Source: Octopus sinensis (taxonomy: Eukaryota). Taken from it: DNA of 64,000 nt. The notes under the pieces were generated by a model. It did no database searches. It saw nothing but the letters and a program-made list of their open reading frames with translations, and was not told the origin of the DNA. Where the stretch lies: contig NC_042998.1 in assembly GCF_006345805.1 (NCBI RefSeq), positions 204,228,001-204,292,000 of the forward strand, in the 5' to 3' direction. A program made the position numbers and the translations under genes. Shown here in pieces: positions 13,330-26,280 of this stretch. Numbering within the stretch: the first letter of the stretch is position 1; each line of letters starts with the position of its first letter.

Positions 13330-13640
13330 ATATACAAAGCACCATTTGAGTGTGGTTGATGCCAGTGCCGCCTGACTGGTCCCATGCCAGTGGCATATAA
13401 GAAGCACCATTCAAGCATGGTCGTTGCCAGTGCCACCTGACTAGCTCCCATGGTGGTGACATGTAAAAAGCATCCACTAGACTCTCAGAGTGGTTGGTGT
13501 TAGGAAGGACATCCAGCTGTAGAAACCTTACCAGATCAGATTGGAGCCTGGTGCAGCCTTCTGGCTTGCCAGCCCTCAGTCACACCGTCCAATCCATGCC
13601 AGCATGGAAAGCGGATGATAAGCGATGATGATGATGATGT
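13330..13640 (+). mobile_element. (GAT)n-tailed RTE-related element
   Basis: Modules, GGTGTTAGGAAGGACATCCAGCTGTAGAAAC core, GATGATGAT tail. Confidence 0.8.
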
Positions 13641-13656
13641 CAGACATATATCACCT

Positions 13657-13885
13657 ATTTCTTTACTACCCACAAAGGGCTAAACATAGAGGGGACAAAC
13701 AAGGGCAGACAAATGGATTAAGTTGATTACATCGACCCCAGTGCATAACTGGTACTTGTTTAATTGACCCTGAAAGGATGAAAGGCAAAGTCGACCTTGG
13801 CGTAATTTGAACTCAGAACGTAGTAGCAGACAAAATGTGCCTATGCATTTCGTCCGGTGTACTAGCGTTTCTACCAGCTTGCTGC
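13657..13885 (-). mobile_element. SINE family A
   Basis: Match to family A copies. Confidence 0.8.
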
Positions 13886-15503
13886 CTTTTATATATCACC
13901 TACCAAATCTACTCACGAGGCCTTAGTATACTTGTAGCTATAGTAGAAGACACTAGTTGTTTGGCATTGGTATTGAACCTGAAGCCATGTGGTTGGGTAG
14001 CAAACTTCTTGCCCACACTACTACACCAGTGCCAGGATTAATAAAGTCAGTGGAGTGAGGGGTGTATTCAGTTGCTTAAAGTTTGGTTAGAAACCAGAAT
14101 TCCTCACTGCACCATTGTAAACCTCATCAACATCCTAAGGATATAAACTTCAATATGGCTGCGTAAATGAGTTTGGACGTTGCTGCTTTCTCAAAGGCAG
14201 TGAGAACCTATTGTCTTTCCTCAGTATTTAACATTTGCAATTTGGAGCATGGGTGAGGGCAGTCACTTGTTGGGATAAATTCTTCTGTGTCAATCTTGTC
14301 ACTTTGGTTAGAAACCTGGGAGTTGCTGCCCACAACACAGACAAATAGAATATCAGTGCTTAACAGGTAGATTCGTTTTCACACTTGAAGTTTCTGATAT
14401 CAAATTAGGATGATGGTGTTACCTTTGAAGAAAGAACTCTATGAGAAAGTGTGGATGATGCCAGTAAAGTTTTTGCCATTTTCTCTTTGGAGTATAAATG
14501 AAACAGATTAACAAGCAGAAGAGGTGGAGTTTTTTTTATATTTTGTTTTGTTTTATTATATCTGTATATTAAGGAAAGCAATTAATTTTTAATGAAAATA
14601 CACATGTAGAATAGATACTAGCACACACACACACACAACACACACACACACACACACACCACACACACACACACACACACAATCTATACAAACTTTATGG
14701 TACTTTGTGTTTTGTCTATTTTTAATTTCTATTAAACAAGTAATTTCATAAGGACAAAATAGAAAACCGAAATTAAACTAACAAAATCTTAAAAAGTACA
14801 ATTTTATTTTCTATTTTAATGAAATCAGAGAAATTGTAACGTATTTCTAGTAAGTGGAATTGGTCCTCCATTGGTTTATTATTTATTTTTGAATGATAAT
14901 TACTAAATTCTAACTGCATTGGTAACCTTCTCGCACCATTTCTGCTCTGGTTCTAATGGCTGTTCACAAACCAAGTCTTTTGATCAGAATTTGCCTTCAA
15001 GGACAACAGTTAAACAAGTTCCATTAAGATTTCGCTCTCCTCTTGTTTATTTCCTGTATTCTGAATAAAATCGTTGCTTTTAGCCAATTAAGGCTGCTTC
15101 TATTAGATAACGGAGATTTAAATTAGTATGTAGTAGAATTTTATTTACCATTTTAGAGCATAATTTCCTTCAAACTTTTTTATTTTAGTCTTTGTATCTT
15201 CCGTTTCCTCTCTAAAAGAACTTTTTTTGGTTGTATTCAACTGAAGTCTTAAGTTTAGGAAAATCTTCATGTAGAACTCCAATAATTCTGATTCTGTTTT
15301 CATGTCTTGAAGTGTGTGTTTCCTATAAAATGTACAGCAGAACAACTCTTATGGAAGCATTACCATTATCACATGTCTGTCTTCCATGGATCAGATGGTT
15401 TGAGAGGATCCAGTGAGCCAAGTGACTGCATTGAGCTCTAGGTTTCTACAGATGGATTCTCTTCTTGAGATCAACTACAATGGAATTGTATATTTTAAGA
15501 ATA

Positions 15504-15590
15504 CTAGCAGTATAGCCCAGCATTGCTCGGGTTTGTTTTCTTTTCGACCATTTAGAATTGGAATTTTTGAAAAGTAAAAATTTTGCATTT
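15504..15590 (-). mobile_element. Non-autonomous Helitron 3' end fragment
   Basis: CTAG terminus and subterminal hairpin as in 35162-35554. Confidence 0.65.
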
Positions 15591-16462
15591 TTTTTTAAAG
15601 AGGGAAGGGAGAAAACCCAGAAATTTGATTTAATGAAAAATTAAATGGAAGACACACATCTCACGGTATGCCTCATCTTTGGTATGAAGCGTGATAACTG
15701 TACATGGTTCAGTCTTATTTGTCCTCCTCAGTGGAGGAATTGGAGGAGAGCATAAAACTTTTTGTGTGTGATTACAATTTGAAATTCTGTTTGATTTCTC
15801 TATTTGGTCACATGTTTTTTCTTACCTCTATTTAGAAAACTGAACATTTGGAATGGTTGTCATGCCAACAAGCATCTAAATGTTGTAACATATTCTCTAA
15901 AACCTTCCTTTATGTAATGATAGTGATTAAAGAATTAGCAGTGAAGTAGGCACTCGTTAATGTACTTCAACTAATTAAATTAATTTGGTTTGCAGTAATG
16001 GGAAGTGAAATCCGTAGCTTCAACAGAACCAAGGCATTTAATCTCAGTATTAATGGCATCAAGAAAACAGATTTCCTTCTTGAAGATGATGCCAGTCTCT
16101 TGAAACTAACCATTTCCTAGTAATTCCAGTTGTATTCTTAACAACTCAGTGAAATAACATACCTCTGGGAAAGTTTCTAATGTTATTTTAAATTATTATT
16201 TTCATATACAGAGGCTACACCCTGTCAATAGTTCTAAGATCTGGTAAGTACACATCAAGCTAGTCCACTGATGAGGACTGATAAGATTGAAACATGTACA
16301 CAATTATCACCCTTCTTACCTAAATTGAGAGATACTGCTACATGTCTTCTCCATTTAATTTTTAATTAATTCAAATTTCTGGGATCTCTCCCTTTTCCCT
16401 TTGGCAAAAATATTCATTAACAGCAATGACTCTTCATCTCATCACAGATCTAATTTTAATTA

Positions 16463-16977
16463 CCATAAATCCTCGAGTATAATCCGCCCTTGAGTATAAT
16501 ACGCAGGGGATTTTTAGGGGGCTGTATCTCTGAAAAACCTAAACCTTGTGTATAATACGCACCCATCTGTAACTTGAGTCAAAGAGGTCTACATAACATC
16601 TTTGGTTTGTAAAAATGTATAGGGTAACTTCCTTTATTATTATTATTGTATATATAACATAATGCAAACGTGTAGCTTTTTTATGCATTTTGTTTGCAGA
16701 AAATAAAGAAATAACAGTAATAACGTTTAATAAATGTTGCTTACTGCAAGTTATGGATGATTCTTTTATGACTTCATTGCTTTCAGGCTTAGCTTAAGGT
16801 ATTTTCACACCCGACATCACAAAACGTGTCTGAATAAACATTGCCGGACAGCAAATAAAGACTCAGACATTGCTTAGAAAATATTTTTTGATCTTTAACC
16901 TCGTATATAGTACACACTAGGGATTTTGACCTTTAAATTTTGGGGAAGAAATGCGGATTATACTTGGGGATTTACAG
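16463..16977. mobile_element. Tc1/mariner-superfamily (pogo/Tigger-like) MITE
   Basis: TIRs CCATAAATCCTCGAGTATAATCCGC / GCGGATTATACTTGGGGATTTACAG flanked by TA; no ORF. Confidence 0.8.
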
Positions 16978-17699
16978 TAAGTTCTTTTTTGTTCACTACA
17001 TTCAAAATATAGTTAACTGCAGTAGAAAACCCCAAGAAATTTATTATCCTGTTGCATTGTATGTCGAGCGTGCGATACATCAGTGTGTGTGTGTGTGTTT
17101 GATGCTTCAGCAAGAGTGGAAGAGCAAAGAGTATAACACAGGGACACAGGCATGGACAGTGGTGGGCCACCAGAACTTTGAGTTGGCTGTGAGAAAGGAT
17201 TGCAGATAATTTAACTGAATGCTACTCAATGGAGCGTCCAACTTCACTCATTTGCTGAGAGTTGATTTTGTTTGGGAACAGATAACACACACACACACAC
17301 ACACACACACTGAGGTTCAGGCATGGTTGTATGGTTATGAAGTTTGTTTTTCAACATCAGGGTTTCCAGTTTGGTTCCACAATGTCCTACCTTGGGCAGC
17401 AAGTGTCTTCTATAGCCTCAGGCTGACCAATGTATTTCCAGCTCTCTACATTCTGGGTTCAAATCCCACCCGGCTGGAGAAGGCACCTGGAAACCACTCC
17501 GGTAGTCTACTTAATGGCAGCAGGGGTGGATATGGGCCTCGCAGGTTATATAAGGAGTGCTGGAGAAGGTTAACATGCACAGGACCTGCCCATGAGTAGA
17601 ACCCTACTGGGCCAGATCTCTGAAGAACTGTCTCCTGTTTTATCTTTGTTTGTCTGTCCATCTATCTGTTTGTTCATCTTTGTCTGTCTGTCTGTCTAC

Positions 17700-17741
<42 letters not shown>

Positions 17742-18339
17742 ATGTAGCTCCGAGTGTGTGTGGATGCTCTTTTCACAATGCCTCATTAACACTATTCCAA
17801 CAGAACCAGGATGTTACCAGGATATTCCTCCAAGAATTTTGTTTAAGCCTCCAGAATTTCTGGGAAATTATATTTTTTCTCCTGTTGTAGTGGTGGTGGT
17901 GATGGTGGTGGTGATGGTGGTGGTGATGGTGGTGGTACTTTGGTGCCAAACCTTAGATATGTTCAGTGACCCCCTACTATATTAAAACAGAACTGTAAAA
18001 TTCCAAAGACTAGAAGAAGCCTGTAGACATCTTGGTTCCACTATAAATAGAAGAGAAGCCATCTAAATTAGTTCTTTGGTATATTTAAGAGACCTACATA
18101 ATGTCAGTTTCATTATTTGGTTTTTTACTGAATGTTCCGGATCCTTGCACCTAACTTGTATTAGCACTCTTTGAACTTTCATTGTAATTGTTTGTTTAGA
18201 ATTGGCAAGGAAGTTCAGATGAGCTAAAAATATCTCCAATGGAACCAAAGCAAAAAATATTTTGTTTGGAAAATACCTTACAAAGTAGAATCAGTCTTTG
18301 AAAAACAAAAAAAAAAGAAAGAAACCATTCTGCAGAATA

Positions 18340-18718
18340 TTGTTGCATGGCAAGACGTTTGCTTTCCAACCACATTGTTCCAGGTTCAGTCCCACTACCT
18401 TTCACCTTGGCCAAGTGTCTTCTTCTATAGCTTTGGGCCAACCAAAGGCTTCTGAGTAGATGTGGTAAATGGAAACTGAAAGAAGCCCGTTGTGTGTGTG
18501 TCTTTGTGCCTGTATTTGTCTTCCACCACTGCTTGACAACCATTGTTGGTTTGTTTCCATCCCCATAACCTAGCAGTTTGGCAAAGGGGACCAATAAAAC
18601 AAGTACCTGGCTCAAAAAATAAATAAATCCTGGGGTCAGTTTTTTCAACCAAAAATTCTTCAAGGTGCTGCTCCGGCATGGCCACCGTCTAATAACTGAA
18701 ACAAGTAAAAGATAAAAA
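18340..18718 (+). mobile_element. SINE family B, diverged
   Basis: Family match. Confidence 0.75.
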
Positions 18719-19077
18719 CATATTGATCTTTGTCTTTAAATTTCATTTTCTCTCTCTCTTCTCTTCCATTATTGCTTTCTACTTCTGTTATCGGTAAATT
18801 CTTATCAGTAGATCTATTCCTAACACTTCGTCAATCTTCTGCTAATGACTTGGTGTCTGGGTAGATTAGTTTCTCATTTAGAATTCCTTGTTTCGATTTT
18901 TCATCCTCGTAGCTTTAAGTGTGGCTGTGTGGTTAAGAAGTTTGGCTTCCAAACCGTATGGTTCTGGGTTCAGTCCCCCTACATGGCATCTTGGGCAAAT
19001 GTTGTCTACTGTAGCCTTGGATTGAATTTGGCAAGCAAAAACTGAAAGAAAACTACTATATATATGTGTGTGTATAT

Positions 19078-19310
19078 CTATTTCTTTATTACCTGCAAGG
19101 GACTAAACACACAAAGGGGACAAACAAGGACAGACAAATGAAATAAGTCGATTATATCGACCCCAGTGTGTAACTGGTACTTATTTAACCGACCCCGAAA
19201 GAATGAAAGGCAAAGTCGACCTCAGCGGAATTTGAACTCATAACGTAGCGGCAGACGAAATACTGCTAAGCATTTCGCCCAGAGCGCTAACATTTTTGCC
19301 AGCTCACCAC
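19078..19310 (-). mobile_element. SINE family A
   Basis: Family match. Confidence 0.8.
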
Positions 19311-19329
19311 CATTTTATATATGTGTATA

Positions 19330-20050
19330 TATCATCATCATCATTGTTTAACATCAGCTTTCCATGCTGGTATGAGTTGGACGGTTTGACTGAGGACTAG
19401 TGAGCCAGAGGCTGCACCAGGCTCAATCTGATCTGGCAAGGTTTCTACAGCTGGATGCTCTTCCTAACGCCAACCACTCCAAGAATGTAGTGGGTGCTTT
19501 TATGTACCACTGGCATGAGGGCCAGTCATGCGGTTCTGGCAATGACCACGTTCAACAGGTGTTTTTACGTGCTATCTGCTTGCAAAGACCTGTTGAGGCA
19601 AGTGAAATCAAAAATCAAATTCGATGACTGGCGTCCATGCTAGCGGGGTGCAAAGAGCACCATACGAGTGTGATCATTGACAGAGCAGCTCAGTTAAATG
19701 TTTATTTCTAGAGTTTATCTTTATGGAAATTTCATTTCAGGCATGTAAAAGGCACTATTCAAGCATGATTGTTACTAGCATCACCTTACTGGCATCTGTG
19801 CCGGTGGCACGTGTAAAAGATTCGAGCGAGGTCGTTGCCAGTACCGCCTGACTGGCCTCGTGCCGGTGGCACATAAAAGCATCCACTACACTCTCGGAGT
19901 GGTTGGCGTTAGGAAAAGCATCAAGCTGTAGAAACTCTGCCAGATCAAGATTGAAGCCTGGTGCAGCCATCTGGTTCACCAGCCCTCAGTCAAAATCGTC
20001 CACCCCGTGCTAGCATGGAAAACAGACGTTAAACGATGATGATGATGATG
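19330..20050. mobile_element. Divergently oriented pair of RTE-related elements (19330-19570 minus, 19755-20050 plus)
   Basis: CAT tail at left end, GAT tail at right end, shared cores. Confidence 0.8.
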
Positions 20051-20089
20051 ACATACATACATACATGTGTGTGTGTGTGTGAATATATA

Positions 20090-20370
20090 TGGCCCATTGG
20101 TTAGGATGTTGTGCTCACAATATAGTGATCATGAGTTTGATTCCTGGACCAAGCTGTGTTTAATGTTCTTGAGTAAAACACTTCATTTTATGTTGGCCCA
20201 GTCTGCTCAGCTGTAAATGTGTATCCCTCCAATGGGCTAGCACTCAAGTCGGGGGGCAGATGTTGGCCTGTTCACCCAGCCAGTGGGATCACATCATTAG
20301 AAGGCTAGAACAATGCAAAGTGCATTGTGACCAGTGATGCATAACAGCATCCCATAGTCTGGTCGATCAC
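20090..20370 (+). mobile_element. tRNA-headed SINE family D
   Basis: TGGCCCATTGGTTAGG A box, GAGTTTGATTCC B box, TTCTTGAGTAAAACACTTCATTT segment. Confidence 0.6.
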
Positions 20371-21204
20371 GTGATCACATGGTATGTGGTGGGAGAGGTA
20401 TCATGTGCATCTGTGTCCCCTTGCCTTGACATCATGTGATGGTGTAAATGAGCATCACCATCAAACAAGTGATCTTTTCTTCCAGTCTTCCATGAAAAAT
20501 GTCCGGGCTTTAGGGGGATGTTGGGGTTGGTGACGGGAAGAGCATCCAACCATAGGAAATCTCTCTTCACCTATTCCATTTGTCAGCATGGAAAAGTGGA
20601 CACTGATGATGATGATGGTGGTGGTGGTGGTCGTTGTTGTCGTCTTCTTCTTCTTCTTTTTCTTCTCAGTAAAATCCATTCCTTACACTTTCTCAATCTC
20701 TTTGTAATGACTTAATGTCTGCTGAGGGATTATTTGTTCATCTAGAATTTCTGTTTCCCAGTTTTTCCCCCTCATCGTCTAGAGCTGGAATTTATCATTT
20801 ATTACCAGAGTTTCGAAACTTCTTTTTCTCTCCTTTGCAACTTTCTCTGTTGATCTGTTAAAACACTTCCACCATAAGCACCACACCTCATCTTTCACAA
20901 CTGTTTTACATCATTATTAGAATTGTTAAAGGTTTAATGATTGAGTGGAGAAGGAACCAAGCTCTTGTCTCTCAGTTACAGGGTCATATTTCACTAGCAA
21001 CACTGGAGATCATCCCCAACCAAAGAACTTAACCCTGCCTGCTTAAGGTTCAATGCCTAATTAATTTTAACCATTATTCAACGCCATCCTAATATATTTT
21101 AATTGTTGCTTTATATTCATGCTTTATTTTTACGTTACCAATAAATGTTAAGTGTCATCTAAAACAAAGAATAGAAAAAATTCAAGCACCCGGAATATCT
21201 TTTA

Positions 21205-21572
21205 TTCTTTTACTTGTTTCAGTCACAAGACTGTGACCATGCTGGAGCGCTACTTTGAAGAATTTTTAGTTAAATGAATCAACTCCTGTACTTATTTTTA
21301 CCTTTTTAAGCCTGATACTTTTTCTATCAGTCTCTTTTGCTGAGCCACTAAGTTATGGGGACATAAACACATCAACTGTCATTGGCAAGTGATGATGGTG
21401 GGGGACAATCACACACATTTATACAACAGGCTTCTTTTCAATTTCCATCAAATCCACTCACAAAGCTTTGATTGGCCTGAGGCTATAGTAAGAAAGACAC
21501 CTGCCCAAGGTGCCATGCAGTGGGGCTTATCCCAGAACTATTTGGTTGGGAAGCAAACTTCTAACCACACAG
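21205..21572 (-). mobile_element. SINE family B
   Basis: Family match. Confidence 0.75.
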
Positions 21573-21669
21573 CTCCTCCTGTGAAAAATTGCTTTGAAAA
21601 ATTACTCCATTTCAAATTTCGAATTTGCTGCACATCCTGACATCCTGGCTGTTTGAGAATAAGTAACCT

Positions 21670-22050
21670 CGTTCCTACCCTGGCACCTAAAAAACACCAT
21701 TCGTATGTGGCCGATGCCAGTGCTGCCGTGACTAGCTTCCGTGTCGGTGGCATGTAAAAACCACCAACTGATCATGGCCATTGCCAGCCTCCCCTGGCAT
21801 CTGAGCCGGTGGCACGTAGAAAGCACCAACTGATCATGGTCGTTGCCAGCCTCCCCTGGCACCTGTGCTGGTGGCACGTAAAAAGCACCCACTACACTCA
21901 CAGAGTGGTTGGCGTTAGGAAGGGCATCCAGCTGTAGAAACTCTGCCAGATCAGACTGGAGCCTGGTGCAGCCTCCTGGCTTCCCAGACCCCGGTTGAAC
22001 TGTCCAACCCATACTAGCATGGAAACGGATGTTAAACGATGATGATGATG
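21670..22050 (+). mobile_element. (GAT)n-tailed RTE-related element
   Basis: Modules, core and tail. Confidence 0.8.
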
Positions 22051-23149
22051 TTTCACAAGTCTTATCATTCTAGCTGAAACACTTCGGATACTGATTAACT
22101 CGGAAATCTCGTTAACAACACTGATGCCATTGTTTCACTCGGTTCCTTTTCTGCATCCTTACTGAATACGTCTTCTTTCACAATCACAGCTCTTTATCAC
22201 CGTGATATCCTGCTTTCCCCATTTCGCTCACTCTCTTCAGCTCTTATTTAAGAAAACAAACCCAAAAAGTGCTTTATTTCTCTGTATTAACAAGTTGCAG
22301 TTTAAAACCAAATCTTTCTCGTTATTATAATTACCAAGTTTCTGGTGTTCCCACTCAATTTATTTTATCTTGTAATCCAAAATTATTTCCAGTTATTTTA
22401 TCTTAAAGTTATGTGAAAAGATATTTGGGGTTATTTTTATAGTTTAATCCTAACCATTGCATTTTTATTTATTTATTTATTATTGATTCAGAAAGAAAAA
22501 AAAAACAAGTCTAAATTAAATAAAATAGAATATGTTAACCATAGCGAATTCAGCAGATGGAATAAATCCAAAAATGTGAGCAATTACTGTCACAGACGTT
22601 CTTCTGTTCGGAGTCTGGTAGACTTTCAGATAAGATTGAAACTGTGAAAAAAAAAAAAGAAAAAACAATGATAATAATAAAAGTATGTGTTTCTATAATA
22701 AAATCCTGTGTTTAGAATGAAGTGCTCCATGGTTTAGCTCTTAAATGAAACTCATGGAGCAATTAAGCAAGGAAAGGCAGTTTCAAGGATGGAATTCTTC
22801 TGCTGTTATTAGAATGAGGTCATTGTATGACAATTGCTATTTCGTTGTTTCTCTTAATGTTCTGAGTTGAAATTTTAGTGGTGGGCATGGGTTCCTTGCT
22901 ACTCAATAGCAATCATCATTATCATCATTTAACAAAGGCTTTCCATGCTGGCATGGATTGGATGCTTTGACAGAAACTGGCAAGCCATGAGACTGTATCA
23001 GGCTTTTTAATGTCTGCCCTTCTAACACCAACCATTTTACAGAGTGTGCCAGGTGTTTTTTTGTCACCGTCAAGCTCACCAAGTACCTTGCAAGAGAAGA
23101 CCTTAATTGAGTGGGGAGGAGAGTGGGGAATTGAGGGATGAGAAGTTAG

Positions 23150-23742
23150 GAAGGAATTTCAACCGTATTTTGTGGTCTGCTACCACAACAGCTCCTTTAT
23201 AGGATCCAGTTAGCTGAAGACATCATCAGGAGGAACCACGTCCGGTTTCGGCTCCTACTCCTCTACCGTTCTGATGTGCCCCCCCCCTTTCGGAGGTCTT
23301 CAGCTTTGGTGTTGGGTGCATGTCTTCTTTCTTCTTTCTTCTGTTCCCTGGCCTCTTCGATGTAGCGTCAACGAGTGTCAGCGGGCGACTGACTGACTCG
23401 TCAAATTTTTTCCCTTTAAATACCTGCCGCTAGGCTCCAGCAGGCAGTCACGTGACACTGTCTCAACTCTAACTGGCCAATGAAGGCGCGTAGTCTCAGC
23501 CCACGCATTCTCTAAACGATCGTCACCTGTCAGTCAGCAAAGCTAATTCAGTGTCAGCTTGTCTCACCTAGTAATGTTATTTCCCGCCGGCATGTTATGA
23601 CTTTCAAGCCATTTTCGGTCTTCTCAAAAAGAAAAACAAAAAAAGAAATGGCTTGAAAGTCATAACATGCTGGCAGAAAATAACATCGTTAGGTGAGACA
23701 AGTTGACACTGAATTAGCTTCGCTGATGTAGCTTCATGCCAG
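23150..23742 (-). mobile_element. 593-bp retroposed insert with 15-bp TSD (possibly a Penelope pseudo-LTR)
   Basis: GGGATGAGAAGTTAG at 23135-23149 and 23743-23757; internal 81-bp inverted repeat and promoter motifs. Confidence 0.65.
23387..23481 (-). promoter_or_regulatory. Putative Pol II core promoter (CCAAT, E-box GTCACGTGAC, TATTTAAA, Inr TCAGTC)
   Basis: CCAAT 23477-81; GTCACGTGAC 23447-56; TATTTAAA 23415-22 (minus); TCAGTC at 23387-96, 28-32 nt downstream of the TATA; locally CpG-rich. Confidence 0.55.
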
Positions 23743-23864
23743 GGGATGAGAAGTTAGAATATGATAGAGAGACAGAAACTGATGTTTTGTAATAAAGGTA
23801 GCTACATGGCTACCCCCAGTTAGGAGAAAGAAGAAAAAGAGCAGGAGAGGAGAGCAATATATTT

Positions 23865-24100
23865 CATCAACGTTTAACGTCCGCTTTCCATGCTGGCATG
23901 GGTTGGACGGTTTGACTGAGGACTGGCAAGCCAGAGGCTGCACCAGGCTCCATTCTGATCTAGCAGAGTTTCTACAGCTGGATGCCCTTCCTAACGCCAA
24001 TCACTCCGAGAGTGTAGTGGATGCTTTTACATGCCGCCAGCATGCGGGCCAATCTGGCAGTACTGGCAACAACCACGCTCAAATGGTGTTTTTTACATGC
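23865..24100 (-). mobile_element. RTE-related element
   Basis: Family tail and core. Confidence 0.8.
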
Positions 24101-24717
24101 CACACACATAATATATATATATGTATATATATGGTATACAATGTATCCCTGTCACTTACTGCCAAACAATCCAACTCATGCCAGCATGGAAAACCAGAGA
24201 ACAGACATTAAATGATGATGATGATGTATAAAACATAAAGGAATAAGGATTTGAAATTCGGGCAGGTATCTTATGAGCATTCTGATACAATCCAGATCTG
24301 GCTAACCATATGTAATGTCAGGGAACATTCAAAACCATTTAAGATAAACAATTAATTGGGATTTCACTTGACAGGTGAACCTAGAGTTCACTTCATTAGA
24401 TTTCATACAGAATATATAATTAAGACATCATAACGAAGAATGGAGAATTATACAGTTTCAGATTTTTGTTTATTAAAGTTTTTTCTTCCTAAAGCCCTCT
24501 GCTAGTTCTGAACTCAACTTGTTCAAGGTAATGTTATTGTTGTTGTTGTCATTCACATTACTTAATCCACCGTTTGCTCAGAAAAGTATCAAGGTTTCCC
24601 CAAATTCCTCTGGAGGATTCTATTTAAATCTCCAAAGTTCCTTTACCAATTCTCTTCACTGACAATAACAAATATTTGGAACAAGATCCTCTTCTCCCTC
24701 ATCCCTCCATTGGTGCC

Positions 24718-24753
<36 letters not shown>

Positions 24754-25149
24754 AACATTTTTGGCAGTCTTTCATCTCACAGATTTCCTCCATTTATTCA
24801 TGGTTCCGTATCTTTTCTTTCAACGACACTCACCATCATCCAAATTTTCTTTTCCTCTTACATTCTGTGGCGGTTCTTTTACTCTGCTTTTCTGTTATTG
24901 GTGCAATGAAAACAAATAGTTTAAACGACCCATGCTAGCATGGAAAACGGACGCTAAACGATGATGATGATGATGATGATGCGAATAAATTTCTGTTCTG
25001 GAGATCTTTGAAATTCTATCAACTTCTTTTGCAGGTTTCTTCTTCAGCTGAAAATTTATAAAAAAAAATGAAAAGAGAAAAAAGAAACGTCTGCATTCTG
25101 TTCATTGCACTTCTTACTACAATTCCAAACTCCCCTCCACTCTGCTTAT

Positions 25150-25615
25150 ACCCTAAGCTACTACTACTGCTGGTACTACTACCCCTACTACTACCACTAC
25201 TACTAACCACCATCACTACTACTACTACTTCTATCAACACCACCACCATCACTACTATTACTTCTACTACCACTACAACTACCACCATCACTACTGTTAC
25301 TACTATAACCACCATCACTACTACTACTATTACTACTACAACCACCATCACTACTACTACTTCTATCACCTCAACCATCACTACTACTACCACCAACACT
25401 ATTACTACTACAACCACCACCATCACTACTACTACTACAACCACCACCATCACTACTACTACTACTATTACTACTACAACCACCATCACTACTACTACTT
25501 CTATCACCACAACCATCACTACTACTACTACAACTACTACTGCCACCAACACTATTACTACTACTACTACTACAACCACTGCCACCATCACTGCTGCTAC
25601 TACTACTACAGCACT
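25150..25615 (+). repeat. Compound (ACT/ACC/ACA/ATC)n trinucleotide array
   Basis: Recurring ACCACCATCACTACTACTACT units of about 21-27 nt. Confidence 0.9.
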
Positions 25616-26019
25616 GCTCTGTTTTATTGTGGTAAATCTCGTTAAATTCCCAGGCTTTTTCTATTCACTCCGTTCTGTCATTAATTTGTTCGACATGTTC
25701 TCCTTCTTTCCTTCTTTCCTTTCATTCAATCCTCGATCGCAACACCAAACAAACCCCAAAGAAACGGTGGGAAAAACGCTGCAGTCTTTCCCACTCTTCT
25801 TTCTCTTCTCGTCGTTCATGTCCGTTTCACATTTTACGTCTCATTGTCTCTTTTCTTCTTCGTTCCTTTCTCTTTTCTACGTTTATTTACTGGATTATAA
25901 ACGGGTATATGATTATATTTCACCTTTTGTTTGTTTTACTCGTTAGACCGTGGCCATGCTGGGGCACCACCTTGAATTTTTAATCACATGAACTAACACC
26001 CACCTCATGCATTTTTTTT

Positions 26020-26280
26020 TAAAGCCAGATCGCCTTACTGGCACCTGTGCCAGTGGCATCTGGAAAAAGATTCGAGCGAGGTCGTTGCCAGTACCTGACT
26101 GGCACGTAAAAGCACCCACTACCCTCACGGAGTGGTTGGCGTTAGGAAGGGCATCCAGCTGTAGAAACACTGCCAGATCAGATTGAGACTGGTGCAGCCT
26201 TCTGGCTCACCAGCCCTCAATCAAACTGTCCAACACATGCTAGCATGGAAAGTGGATGTTAAACGAGGATGATGATGATA
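26020..26280 (+). mobile_element. RTE-related element
   Basis: Core and GAT tail. Confidence 0.8.

Noticed and set aside
14397-14490. MAKTLLASSTLSHRVLSSK followed by GTAACA on the minus strand, resembling a mitochondrial presequence exon
   Set aside because: Too short and compositionally unspecific; no downstream partner exon found.
16078-16112. TTGAAGATG...GAAAC hammerhead-like string
   Set aside because: The core C3 is not positioned correctly and no stems pair.
23212-23305. Two-polarity hammerheads (viroid- or retrozyme-like)
   Set aside because: CTGAAGA, CTGATGA and GAAA are present, but no type I, II or III topology gave compatible stems; kept only as a structured region.
25068-25946. 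292-aa Thr-rich ORF (mucin-like) and the antisense 190-aa Val-rich ORF
   Set aside because: Both arise from a stop-free trinucleotide array; the flanks show no domain or convincing splice structure.
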